Below, piece by piece: positions 1 through 11,669 of a stretch of DNA of 64,000 bases. Position 1 is the first letter of the stretch. The number at the start of each line of letters is the position of its first letter. This DNA comes from Camelus ferus (lineage: Eukaryota). The notes below the pieces were generated by a model. It ran no database searches. It saw only the letters and a program-made list of their open reading frames with translations, and was not told the DNA's origin. The stretch covers positions 86,864,001 to 86,928,000 of the forward strand of contig NC_045696.1 in assembly GCF_009834535.1 (NCBI RefSeq). The letters run 5' to 3'. The translations under genes and the position numbers were made by a program.

Positions 1-234
1 AGGTAACTAAGAATGGGATTAGTGCCCTTATAAAAGAGGTACCAGAGAGCTCCAGTGTTCCCTTCCATGCAGTGTGGTTAAAGCAAAAATACAGCCTTCT
101 AAGGAAGCAGGCTTTAAGCAAACACTGAATTGCCAGCTTCCTCATATTGACCTTCCCAGTCTCCAGAACTGTGAAGAATAAATTTCTGTTGCTTATAAGG
201 TATTTTGTTACAGCATTCTTAATGGCCTAAGATA
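1..234 (+). mobile_element. ERVL-MaLR LTR, MLT1A/MST-like, 3' part (runs off window start)
   Basis: ATGGGATTAGTGCCCTTATAAAAGAG ... CTCCAGAACTGTGAAGAATAAATTTCTGTTG ... GGTATTTTGTTACAGCA ... CTAAGATA match the typical MLT1A/MST TATA, polyA and terminal motifs. Confidence 0.85.
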
Positions 235-299
235 ATATCTCAGATTAGAGTAAATTTTTAGACTCTACTAGGTACCTAAGAACTGTATGTTATGGTGCT

Positions 300-453
300 G
301 TTATTCAACAGGTATAAAGTTTTAATTATGCAAAAAGATGAAGTTCTAGAGATCTGCTCTATAACATAGTGCCTATACTTAACAATACTGTATTGTGCAT
401 ATAAAAATTTAAGTGGGTAGTCATACTAACTGTGCTTGCCACAATAAAAAAAA
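300..453 (+). mobile_element. L1 3' end (L1MB-type 3'UTR) with A tail
   Basis: AAGTTCTAGAGATCTGCT...AACAATACTGTATTGTGCA...ACAATAAAAAAAA. Confidence 0.75.
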
Positions 454-749
454 TTATGCAATTGAGTACTAAATTGCAATTATTATCTAAATTAATGTCT
501 GCTCCTCCAATACAAATCCTTACAATCAAATATTCAAGAAATAGACTTATATAAAAAGTTAGAAGAGTAGTCTTCAACAAGTTCTAAATTATGGACATTC
601 ATGAATTAATAAGAACTAATTTGTAGACTTTCTGCTATATCATTTAGAGGTACATTTTCCTCATGCTTCTTATCATAAGATAAGGGTTTTCTAAATGCAA
701 ACTATTGTTTAAATACTTTATATTCATTAAGTAAAAACTGTTAAAAGTA

Positions 750-880
750 TATTATAATGTCCATTTCACAAATGGGGTAACTGATGCACAAAGAGGTCAA
801 GCAACTTGGCTACATCACTAATATGGAGAAAATCCATATAATGTGGCTTCAAGCCCCACATTATTAAAACTATGCCATAT
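750..880 (-). mobile_element. MIR SINE fragment
   Basis: CCATTTCACAAATGGGGTAACTGATGCACAAAGAGGTCAAGCAACTTG resembles the antisense MIR core. Confidence 0.7.
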
Positions 881-904
881 TGTCCCTGTCATTATGTTTT
901 AGAA

Positions 905-1645
905 TATAACTCTTGTTGTTGCTTCCTCAGTAGTTAGTCAGTACCCTTCTCTTCATAACTACTCAATTTTTTGTTGTATTCTAGTTATGTTTCTCTAGAA
1001 ATTTTGTGTAACATGCAGCTGAGGCTAAGATAAATAGAACCAGCAAAGTCTCATCCCCTGACAGTCATTATCTCAGGTATGGAGAGATGACAAAATTGAG
1101 AAAATGAGACATGAGAAGATGTTTTGTGGGAACTTCTGAAAAGAAGCTTCCTCATTTTTTAAGAGTTTCTCAAAGCAAAATTATATTGTTTCATTCATCT
1201 GGTAGTAAGATTGACAGATTTAGCAAATAAAATACAGATGGCCAGTAAAATCTGAATTTTAGACAAATACTAAATTTTGTATAGGACATACTTATGCTAA
1301 AAAATGTTGCTGTTTATTAGAAATGCAAATTTAACTGGGTGTTTTGTATTTCATCTGGCAATCTTACCTTTTAGTACGAAAGAGTAAACGATGATCTAGG
1401 GGCACTCAGCAAAAATCTTGTAAGTATAATGGAAAGTCAGTCTTCAGATGAAATGGCAGATAGTAAGAGTGAGATGGGAACAAAGAAATAATAATAAGAT
1501 ACTTTAACTGTTGAAATAGAACAATCCATATGCCTACCTTACCTCCTATTTTTCACTAAACTGGCCAATATATTTCATTAGTGTCTTAGCTAGATTAATT
1601 TGATCATTATGTTAACTCTAATCAAGTATTATTTATTCTGATACA
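905..1645 (+). mobile_element. Ancient ERVL LTR (LTR16-like), interrupted by MER53
   Basis: CATCCCCTGACAGTCATT...AATGAGACATGAGAAGATGTTTTGTGGGAACTTCTGAAAAGAAG and terminal CTGATACA; heavily diverged, ends approximate. Confidence 0.5.
1206..1366. mobile_element. MER53 hAT-type palindromic MITE
   Basis: TAAGATTGACAGAT...AAAATACAGATGGCCAGTAAAATCTGAATTT on the left mirrors AAATGCAAATTTAACTGGGTGTTTTGTATTTCATCTGGCAATCTTA on the right; central GGACATACTTATGCTAAAAAAT. Confidence 0.85.
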
Positions 1646-3384
1646 CACTAAAGAATTACCATGGCATATTACTGATCTTATCAAGTTTTGCTGTTCTGAA
1701 CATGTTTCAGCCATGTACAGTTTACAAATTCCACCAATGGAAATAGAAGTGACTTGGGATCTATGAGAAGTGTTATGTCATATAATTGTTTTGCTTTATT
1801 TAACTACTAAGACCTCAAAGTTCGAGACAGAAAACCAAAGAGGTAATAAAACTCTATTTTAAGTCATGCAAGGAACCTCACAAATCAATTCCAAGACCAG
1901 CCACACTCAAATATAATATCTTAATGTTAGAATTGTGCATAATTTGTACCATCACTGCACATAAATGATGTGGTATTTTGATTGTTGCTATGTTCTCTCC
2001 CTCAAATCACCCCTTGGATTTATCTCTCCTTGTCTTTGTTAGATCCATTTGTTATCTTCATTATCAATTCATTATTTCACTGATGGAGTGAGGTTTCCAT
2101 GGTGATACTGAAATGGGCTTGCATAAAAACACTGACCTATTTGGGTTTTGGTTACAATAAAAAAAACAGGCACCAATACCCCATAGAAACCACTCTTCTA
2201 TTCATGTGAGATACGTTTCAGTGAAGGAATTTTAGAGGTAATAGATAAGACCACTTAGTGAGTAGCCTGAGTAAACTCACGTGAATGTTTATTTTATTCA
2301 AATACTCAGCTTTGTTTTAATATATTTTGAAAGCAATATATATAAAAAGACTAGCAAATAAATCTAACAAATCACACATCTTTTCTTCAAATGCAATCCT
2401 TTTTTCCCCTTATATTTACAGAGATATATACATCATATATATATTTAAATACATTTCTTCTATCAACCCACTTATTACCTTTTCCTTAGAGGAATTTGTG
2501 TTAGTTGGCTATTGTAATGAACACTGATCCAAACCTAGATTTAAATACTGACAATCTCCTCTATTCTATATCCAAAACCTTTATCTTGTTGCTTATTTTT
2601 CCTGACCTAAAAATCAAATTTTAGCGTGTAAGCACAATTTGAGTGTCCTTTATGATTGTATTATTGCAATCTGTTGATTCTTATTTTGTGGTTAGTTATA
2701 TTCCTTTGATAACTATGTAAGTTTAAAAAGCTAAAGCTCTAATCTGTTCCTAGAAACAATGATCAGTACACATATGTAAACTAAAAAAAAGTGCAGTATA
2801 TTGTATATATGTATTTACCTGCAATATAATGTATATGTGCAGTCAAGTTGTGATAATTCTACCTAATAAAATGGAAAAAAAATCAAATTTTACTTTGAAC
2901 TCATTATCACTCAAAATTGTCTTATTCCTAGGTCATTTCAATACTAGGTATGTCTTCCTCATCAGCTTCTTTATAACAGTAAACATATATTCATGAAATG
3001 TTTAACTGGTTACTCTTTCGATTAGGAAAAATAACATACTTTCATAGATTTTTTTACACAGACACTGAAAAGCATTTTCATACGTTTGTGTTTGTGGTAG
3101 ACTTTCTTCTTCCTTTCTCCCACAACAGTATGCATGATCATTACTAAGGTACATTGAATAATCGCAAAATTTGAGATTAAATGGTTAGATAAACATACCT
3201 GAGCTAGACAATCACAGAACTATTGTCAATGAAAAGAAAACGCTAAAAATCCAATTCAGCTTTTAAAAGCAATACAAATGAACATTTATATGAGTAAATA
3301 AATAATGAGATGTATCCACATACTAGATTTTTTTAAATCCCTCTACAAAAGACATTCACTAATATTAAATATGTACCCAAGAAT

Positions 3385-3505
3385 ACTGTGCGTATGTATG
3401 TATGAATCTACATACACACTATACACCACACACATACACACACACATATACACATACATACACACTCTATGTGCTATACACACAAATGCATACATGCATA
3501 TATGA
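3385..3505. repeat. Degenerate CA/TA microsatellite
   Basis: Runs of CATA, CACA and TATG seen directly. Confidence 0.85.
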
Positions 3506-3999
3506 ATGGAAATATATAAATATTTAATTCGATGCATAGTGTTACGTTGAAAATTATTAACTTATTATCATCACATATTTTATCATGAGAAAAATGCTGG
3601 AAACAACCATTTAATTGGAGACTGGTTGAAAAGTTATGAAAAATCCAGAAGGGCAGCCACTGCAATGATGAAAATGATGGCCTTAAAGCATTTTTTTTTT
3701 CTAAACTGGCTTATTTTAGGCTTGTTTAAAAAACAAAAAAAAAAACATATGGTAAAGGACATACTGTTTTATGAGATACCCTGCAGTGACATCTGATTTT
3801 TTTCAGAAGAAAAATACTAAATAGTCTCTAACACACAGAGTCAATCCTGAGTCATGAGGAGAACTGTTATCTGCTAAGAATCTATACCTTGCTACTCCTC
3901 ATATGAACCTTCTGAATATTCTAGGAAGAGAGAAATTTATACAAGGAAGAATAACAACTAAAAAGAAATCAAACTATATATAACCATAGTCATATATGT

Positions 4000-4460
4000 A
4001 TATATATAACCATGGATGGATAAACCATAAATATATAAAAGAAAAATACACTAACTCAAAGATGTTGCCACAAAAGAGGAAAGACTGTATATCACTGTGA
4101 ATGTTAAAAAACAATAATGAAGCAATTATCTTTATAAAAACAAATGAGTGAGACACACAGAAAAAGCCTAGGCAAGCAGTAACAAAATAACAAAATGGAA
4201 GAAATAATTCCAGAAAAAATATTGACGAGTAAAATAAAGCTATCACTAAACAAAGGCCAACTCAGAAGCATAAGAGAGAAAAATCATTCCTGAAAATATA
4301 TCAAGGGCTTGAAGAAGAGAACCAAGAAAAGCATATATAATCAAGATGAAATGAACAAAGTATTAAGCATGATTAGGAAGAAAAGATAAATTGGCAAAGG
4401 GAAATCTGTAAGCGCATTATTAGTATCTTTCAAAGAGAGAACTATGATAATTAAACCAAA
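4000..4460 (+). mobile_element. Very old L1/HAL1 ORF1-like fragment
   Basis: A-rich strand with ...GGAAGAAAAGATAAATTGG...TAGTATCTTTCAAAGAGAGAAC, resembling the ORF1 coiled-coil/RRM junction; weak. Confidence 0.35.
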
Positions 4461-4517
4461 AATGTAACCAGATGTAAAGCATCTAGGAATCTAAACAGTT
4501 TCTACTCATTACCAAAG

Positions 4518-5091
4518 TGAAATTAAAAGGGAGCAAGATCCTGTGGGGTCCTCCTGGTACAAATTCTTTCTATCCTGAATTTCTCTTTTGTAGGAAATAG
4601 GCTTCATTCAGCTTCCTGGACCTTCCCCAAGTTCCAAAGGGCAGATTCAAAGAGCTGCTTATCAGGAAAGGGAGTGAATGCACAGACAAGGGAGAAACAG
4701 TCATAAAACAATAGTGCAGCCTTGAGGCAGAGTCCTGGTTCCTCCTTAGGGAATATACACAAAAATATCTTTGAGTTCTTCTGCAGGAACCAAGGCCCCC
4801 ACCCAGATGGAGGATGGCAACTTCAGGCTGAGTACAAGATTTCTGGAAGACAGCCCTGTTACCTCAGCATCAACCAATCAGCAGGAAGTCATACACCCTG
4901 GTGATCTGAGCCCAAATTTTGCCTATAAACATTTTTCCCCAAAACCATCTGGAAGTTCAGGGTTTTTGAGCACAAGCCACTCATTCTCCTTGCTTGGACC
5001 TGCAATAAATCTTTGTCTGCTACGAACTCTGATGTTTCGGTTTTTGGGGGCCTCACTGAACATCAGGCACACGAACTTTTGTTCAGTAACA
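4518..5091 (+). mobile_element. ERV1 solo LTR (family A in this window)
   Basis: TG...TAACA termini; TATAAA 4924-4929; AATAAA 5004-5009; near-TSD AAAG/AAAT; homologous to the LTRs at 6129 and 9585. Confidence 0.85.
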
Positions 5092-5300
5092 AAATTAAAA
5101 GTTAATTATAATACTTTGTGAAAATAAAAGTAAAATATAATCAAAAGAGGCGAATAAAAATTTGAAAACATTATTTGATACCAGTAATACGAGATTCATC
5201 TGTGGTTTTTTTTTTTTTCCTTTCTCACATTAAAAGACAGCTAAACACAAGTCACAATCTTTGCAGAAATAGAGGGATTCTGAGTTAAACCTGTTGGGAT

Positions 5301-5778
5301 TGTGAAGGAAAAAAAACTGCAAACCATATAAATAAACAAACAATGCTGAAGCCATCAAGTCATCAGCTGCTGCCGCCACCCACCTAGTGAGGACAAGCCT
5401 GCAGCCCAGTCTCTGCAGCCACTCACAATGGTGCACCCTGAGGGGATTCAGAATAAGAAAGCACAAGATACTGGCCCTAGATAGCTAGGTGCTTGTCAAA
5501 GGAATGAATTCAGTGAGCCCAAGTGTTTGCTTCCTCCCATACATAGAAAAGCACTAAATTCTTTAACTTGAGATGCCTGGTTTTCTTTAGATAACAAGTA
5601 ATCTTTTATTGTTTCAACTACCTGGTCTTTGTGTAAAGCTCCTATATATCCTAGTTCCTCCCCCACCTCTTTGGAGCAGTCCCTCAGAGCAATCCGAGGG
5701 GCTGTCATTCTGGCTCCAGTCCTCCTGTCAAATAAAACAACTCTCAAATTTTAGGCTGCGCATTTATTTCAGTCAACA
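5301..5778 (+). mobile_element. ERV1 solo LTR, MER34/MER39-like (family B)
   Basis: TGTGAAGG...TTTCAGTCAACA termini; exact 4-bp TSD GGAT (5297-5300, 5779-5782); TATATA near 5643; AATAAA 5731-5736. Confidence 0.9.
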
Positions 5779-5997
5779 GGATGAATAAGGCATTTTAGCA
5801 GAAGAGACTTTTTAAACTGAAAATTCTGTATTTAACTTTTTATTATATTCTCTGTCTAGTTACTTTTTAACTAATCTAATGAATCCACCTATGAACAAAG
5901 AGAATTTGTAAAGCATGGGTAAATTTACGTGGGCCATGTTTTAATAGGAAGAAATAAATATCATTTACATGTTTACTTTTCAGAAAAGGAAGGGAGA

Positions 5998-7419
5998 TGA
6001 AACTGAGCCCCCCTAAACCTGAGTTCCTCTGCCAAATTTGTGATTAACCTTTTTATCCGAAACTTTATTCCCTCCCTTGTCCACACCTCTTCCCATCAAG
6101 ATTGAGGAGTATCAAAGAAAAGGGGGGATGCAAACAGAGTAAACCCTGTGGGGTCCTCCTGGGTACAAAAGCCTCTCTGTGGTCCCTGTTTCTTGTTGGT
6201 AGAAAAAGTCTTTCGTACCCTAGGCCTTCTCTGAGTTCCAAAGAGCAGGAACAGGCAGTTACTAAGTAGGAAAGTGAGAAAATGCAGAAACAAAGGAAAA
6301 GCAGTTAAATAAGAAAAGTAATGACAAAAATTCAGTGATAAAACAGAGTCCTAGTTCCTCCTCAAGGGGTATACGTAACAATCTGATGTATATCCTTGAG
6401 TCTTCTGCAGGAACTAAGATTTCTCCCCACCAGGTGGAGGATGGTGACTACATGCTGAGCACAAACATGAAGACCCCGGATTGGCTGGAACCAGAAAGTT
6501 GATGATTAAGATTCCTAACACACCAACCTATCACCTCACTACCAACTTGTCAGAAGAAAGGCATACATCTTGCAGCCCTCACCTGCAAATGTTGTCTTTA
6601 AAAACTCTTCCATGAAAACCATCTGGGAGTTCAGGTCTTTTGAGCACTGGGTACCCATATTTCTTGCTTAGTGCCTGCAATAAACACTTTACTTTCCCTC
6701 ACCCCAACCTGGTATCAGTAAATTGGCTTTGTTGCCCAGGTGAGAGGACCCAAAGTTTAGCCTGGTAATGTTAGAGCAGGCAGATAGCTAGATATGAGCA
6801 GAGAAAGGGGGACACAGACCAAATGGCAGGAATTGGGCAGAAAGGAGGGGCACAGGCCAAATGCAGAAAACCACACATCATGTGAGCAGCAGGGATCCCT
6901 GGGCAGAGAAAGAAAAGCTGGACTCTTTGGGCTGATAAGGGGCCACACCTTTTGGCCTGAAGACCAACAAAGAAAGGTCAGAAAAGGCAGGAATTTCCAG
7001 TGTCCAAATGTAACCTTTTACTCATTATGCCCTCATTTCAATAAAATTAGCCTTGCAGATCAGAAGTACTCATCATGCACCGACGCCATGACACTTCCGA
7101 TCCAGACTAAATAAGGACAAAAATCCCTCCTCCCTTTAGGAAGGTGGAGTTGGGATGATAATCAGGGAATACGACCCCAAACCCTTCCCTCCCCAATGAA
7201 TATTCCGCCCATTCATTTTTACACCCTATGTAACTAACTTGCCAAAGAAACTCAGGGCAGCTGCTCACCTGAGCCTGCCCACTCTCCCCTGAGAGTGTAC
7301 TATCCATCCTTTAATAAATCCTCACTTTATCTTTTTAACCTCTAAGTCTTGTCTCTGAATTATCTCTGGGACGGGACAAGAACCTGGAACACCGGTTACA
7401 TCTATCGGCGACAGTAACA
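5998..7419 (+). mobile_element. ERV1 LTR (family A core from 6129) with 5' extension, interrupted near its 3' end by a younger LTR
   Basis: Purine tract AAAGAAAAGGGGGGA 6114-6128 precedes TGCAAACAGAGTAAACCCTGTGGGGTCCTCC; AATAAA 6679-6684; terminal GGTAACA is split by the insert. Confidence 0.85.
6769..7413 (+). mobile_element. Young ERV1 solo LTR (MER50/MER41-group-like) nested in the family A LTR
   Basis: TGTTAGAGCAGG...GGCGACA termini; exact TSD GTAA (6765-6768, 7414-7417); AATAAA 7313-7318; about nine CpGs retained. Confidence 0.9.
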
Positions 7420-8719
7420 CAGGGTCTTGAATTTGAAAGACTAATCTTACACTTCTCAGTTAGCTTATGGCTCCTAAAGAAAACGGGTGGCTCTTTGGAC
7501 CTAAATGCAGTTTTTATTCATGTAATTAACAGAACCATTTTGGTGAGAAAAAAATTATGGGCAGAATCAAGTTACTCCTCTGCACTGAAATTTGACAAGA
7601 GTCTAATAATAACATAAACTACCTTTACAACTGTAGGTAGCTGGTACACATCATCATCATTTTAGCAGCAATGTCTCATACATTATTGATACAAAGCAAC
7701 CAAAAAAATACAACTAAGTTCATCATTAATATTTTTATATTACAGATTATGGTTCTTATTAAAAGTGATTTATTCAAGATTACAAAATCCACAGTAGAAG
7801 AATTAAAACCCATGAATTCCAAATTCCAAGTTACTTTTATATTTTCTACATAGAAAGCTGCCACATTATTGATCTCTTCCATTTGCTTTCAAATGGGTAA
7901 TTTTTTAATATTTACCCTTTGCATAATAACCTTTTAAGACTAAAAGATTTGGAAATTAGAATTTTATTAAACAAGAGAATTTAGTGAGTCAAAATTATGA
8001 AGATAATTTTTTTCCAAAATGCAGAGCTGTCTAATAAAGAAAATAGTTCATTGATTTCACAAAATGTTGTCTAATAATGTAAATTTTAGATCAAAGTATA
8101 ATCAAATTTACTTATAAATGAGATATCAAAGATAAAATTAAATATCATCAGGTATCTTGGGATAGGGTAATTGTTTGGATATTTTTGTAAATTATCAGTT
8201 GATTTGCTATATTTATTTAAAATTCAATCATCAGAAGAGTAAAAATACTGTTTCAAGATACCTTCTGTACACATAGAACTATATTTTAAGTCATTCTAAA
8301 CCTTTTATAACATTGTATTCTGCCATTTCTAGATCTTATCCACATATTCTTGAATTTATTAGTCAATCTTCAAAAACTCTAATTATTCTCAATGATTAAT
8401 TAATCTTGTGTTGCACTAAATAAATCAGTACTAATATTGTCAATGCATAATACATGTTTTGTCCACATCTACTCCAGCATTTATGATATACTGTGTTAGA
8501 ATATGATACGGGAATTTATAATAATAAATATGAATGAATAACTCAATGATTAAATCATTTATTAAGGATTTATTTCCTAAAATACTGGATTAATTTTTGG
8601 TGGTTATTGTTATTTATAGTCTTCATATGTATTTGTTTTGTAGTAGTGATATTACTATCCACCTAAATATATATCATCATGACTTAATTCCTGGGTAGAT
8701 ATATCCAAAACTAACATAT

Positions 8720-9211
8720 TAACATACTAAATGACATATCCACAGGTGCCACGACAGTTCTAAGGGTAACCATAAAAGGTCAAAAAGTGAGCAGGGGCCC
8801 TATTCCTAGAAATCTATACCTCTTCCCCAAAATAGTTGGAATAATCCTTCCACTTGTAGGATATAATATTATTTAGCCCATTAAAAACTAACCACCCTCA
8901 CACCTCAAGGCTGCTCTCAACTTTCTAGGTGACACCATATTTCTGGGGCCTCTCTCCCTTCTGAAATGGATCTCATTTTTTCCTATGGAAAGTGTATCTC
9001 CTAGGGTCATCTCTCGCCTTCTGAGATGGCCTGCACTCTGTCTATGGAGTGTGTATCTCCCTGAATAAATCTACTTTCACATTACCACATGGCTCACTCT
9101 TGAATTCTTTCCTGTGTAAAGCCAAAGACTCTCACTTGGTGGGGCGCATCTCAGGGACTCACCCAAGACCTGAGACATGACCATCCTCTTGTGCCCCATT
9201 TTCCTGCAACA
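8720..9211 (+). mobile_element. MER41-like ERV1 LTR, 5'-truncated
   Basis: CATACTAAATGACATATCCACAGGTGCCACGACAGTT, GAATAATCC and CTCTGTCTATGGAGT motifs; AATAAA 9064-9069; TTGAATTCTTTCCTG; terminal GCAACA; internal ~58-bp tandem duplication 8946-9062. Confidence 0.85.
8803..8811. promoter_or_regulatory. GAS (STAT) motif TTCCTAGAA in the MER41-like LTR
   Basis: Exact TTCNNNGAA match in the U3 region, where MER41 elements carry STAT sites; function untested. Confidence 0.4.
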
Positions 9212-9584
9212 ACTACAAATGTACAATTTCACATAATGTCTTGAAAGAATCTTCCCCAAACTAAGATATTCATCTTATCAGTTCTGTACTGTATGAGAAG
9301 ACAGAAGAGAACTAAGAGAACCAAAAGGAGGAGAAAGATAAGCCAATATAGATTAGAAATTTTAATATCTATTTCTGCCTTTTCATTACACAGTTGTGTG
9401 GATGTGGCAAGTGATTTAGTTATTTTGAAACTCAATTCCAATATATTTAAAATGAAGAAGATTGTACAGTCAATCTTTGAACTCTAATTTCTAAATTCCA
9501 ACTCTACATATTTTGCACATAATACCAAAATGTCTAAATACCAATTGTTTTGCTCTTCCAAGTAACTCTCTTTGTTAAAAATTC

Positions 9585-9981
9585 TTTCTTCTGATAGGTG
9601 GTGAGGTTAACAGGATAGTGTGTCAGGAATCTTAATCATAAACCTTGTGGTTCCAACAAGTCTGGGGTCTACATGCTTGTGCTTAACATATATTCATCAT
9701 TTTTCACCTGGGTGGGGACCTTAGTTTCTGCAGAACAATTCAAACATACGCATCAGATTATTATCTATATCCCTTAAAGAGGAACTGAGACTCTGATCAC
9801 TGAACTATTGTTCCTTTGTTTCTGCATTCCCTCACTTCCCTAATAAGTAACTCTTGAACCTACTTCTTGGATCTCACGGAAGGCCTAGGAGACTAAATTC
9901 TTTTTCTACAAACAAGAAACAAAAGACACAGAGGGGCCTTAGTACCTGGGAGGGCCCTGCAGGGTCCTGCTTAGTTTTATA
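9585..9981 (-). mobile_element. ERV1 LTR family A, U3 part only
   Basis: Reverse complement begins TATAAAACTAAGCAGGACCCTGCAGGGCCCTCCCAGGTAC and aligns with 6129-6560. Confidence 0.85.
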
Positions 9982-11197
9982 AAGAGACAGTCTATTAATT
10001 ATTACCTAGGCTTTAGAACTTTCTTAATTTCTGTTTTCCTAAAAATCTCAAGTGTTTCTTCATTTCTTAGGGTTCTCCTATACTTTCAATACATTTTTAT
10101 TAACTTGCTTGCAGATAAAGGCACACAAATATTACCAGAGCATATAACAGTTAGAAATCCTGGGAACTGAGTAAAAATACTGAGCTCTCACTATTTAGCT
10201 CTTTATTCATGAAACTCACCAGCATCTGGAATAAACTTCCCCTGTCTTTGCTCTTGCCCAACATTCAGATAGATGCTCTCCACAATTTACAAACCATCTC
10301 TTTCAATGTCACAGTTGTCCTGGAATTCTTAACTACATGCCTCCTTTAGTGCCCTCCTAGACATATTTTCGGAATTTTTTTTTATCATATATTTATCTAG
10401 TGCCATTTTAACATGTAATAAACTATCTTAGCTACAGAGGAAAGATTAACTAAGTAACAATAGAAAATTAAAAGAAAAGAACATATTGATCTGAAAGCCT
10501 CTCACATACAAAACAAATTAAAAGGATATGTAAAGATGAGAAAGAGTTTCTGCTATCTACAAAAGAAAGGAAATGGGGAAAGAATCAGTTGTACTTCATA
10601 CCATTTGTAAGAATTAAATTAAAGTTTATTAAGTAAATAAATAAAAAGATGGATAAAAAGATGCCAAGACAACATAAAAACAGTAGAAATGAAAAGTAAC
10701 TCATAAACAGACAATGCATTTTATTTTCTTTAAAGTGTTGTAAAAATTCTTCAGGATAATAAAAAGGTATGTATGTTATAAACAGAACAGCAAAATACTA
10801 TAAACTGAGGCAGAAACAATCCTGGGAAGATTGCAAAGAAGAATAATTAATCTACATTAAGATACTGGTATGACAATCATTTGTTAGAACACTGTGTGAT
10901 CATCATAGCAGGGCTAAGGGTAGGCAAGAAAGGAAATGTCAGCTTGTGCATGGATATTTGTTCACCAAAGCTTGTTATTTTTAAATCCCCCTCCTTGAAA
11001 AAATGCCAAATATAGGTACAGAAAATGTACAGAAGGAGAAATAATTTATAGTAAATAATACTATGGCTAATAATACTAACTTCTTAAATAATTTTGCATT
11101 CACCAGATAAGGTATGTTAGACAAGCTGTTAGCACTGGCAACAAGGCCATGAGGAGTTGAACTGGAAGGTTCAGATCTATTTCCTATAGATAGCAAC

Positions 11198-11669
11198 TGT
11201 TGACTGAAATAACAACGCAGAACATGAGAGCTGTGAGTTTCAGTTTTATTTGGGGAGTTACTGAGAACTATAGTCTGAGAGATAGCTCTCAGATATCTCT
11301 TAGATAGCTTCTGAAGAGTTAAGTGGGGAGGTCAGCACATATGTGATTTTGGAGAAGGGGTATGTGCAATCAAACATGTATCTCTATAGAAGGTTACTGC
11401 TAGTCACGATGCAAGCACAGAAATCTTAGTTAATGATTTTAGTGCTCTTCTAAGTATGAAAACATACAAGAAATCGGGTTCATAAAATTTTCTCTCGAAA
11501 ATATCTAACTATCTGTAGGCTTGTTCTACCAGTTTTTCCAGAACACAGAGTGTCTCATTCCTGATCACCACCCTGAACTCTTTTCAGGGTATGTTGAAGG
11601 TCAGGACTGCAATGCCTAATGACTCAGTTCTTGTAGAGCCAGTTTGCAAGTGACATTCTTTAGTAGGTA
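11198..11669 (-). mobile_element. ERV1 solo LTR, MER34/MER39-like (related to family B)
   Basis: TGTTGACTGAAAT at the left end (reverse complement of the 5778 terminus); TSD CAAC (11194-11197, 11670-11673); shares the AGCACTAAA...TTAAC block with 5301-5778. Confidence 0.85.

Noticed and set aside
3305..3537. His/Thr- or Cys/Val-rich ORFs (similar ones near 31903, 39284 and 49837)
   Set aside because: Translations of CA/TG microsatellites
4520..5101. AAATTAAAAG near both ends of the first LTR as a 10-bp TSD
   Set aside because: The left copy lies inside the presumed TG-initiated LTR start, ERV1 TSDs are about 4 bp, and the match is AT-rich and plausibly coincidental
4722..7307. ORFs of 60-116 aa within the LTR cluster (e.g. 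4771-5121, 6794-7114)
   Set aside because: Chance open frames in GC-richer LTR DNA with no gag, pol or env similarity
4518..7419. Family A LTRs at 4518 and 6129 as the 5' and 3' LTRs of one provirus
   Set aside because: They differ substantially in the R/U5 region, no primer-binding site follows 5091, and the outer flanks share no TSD
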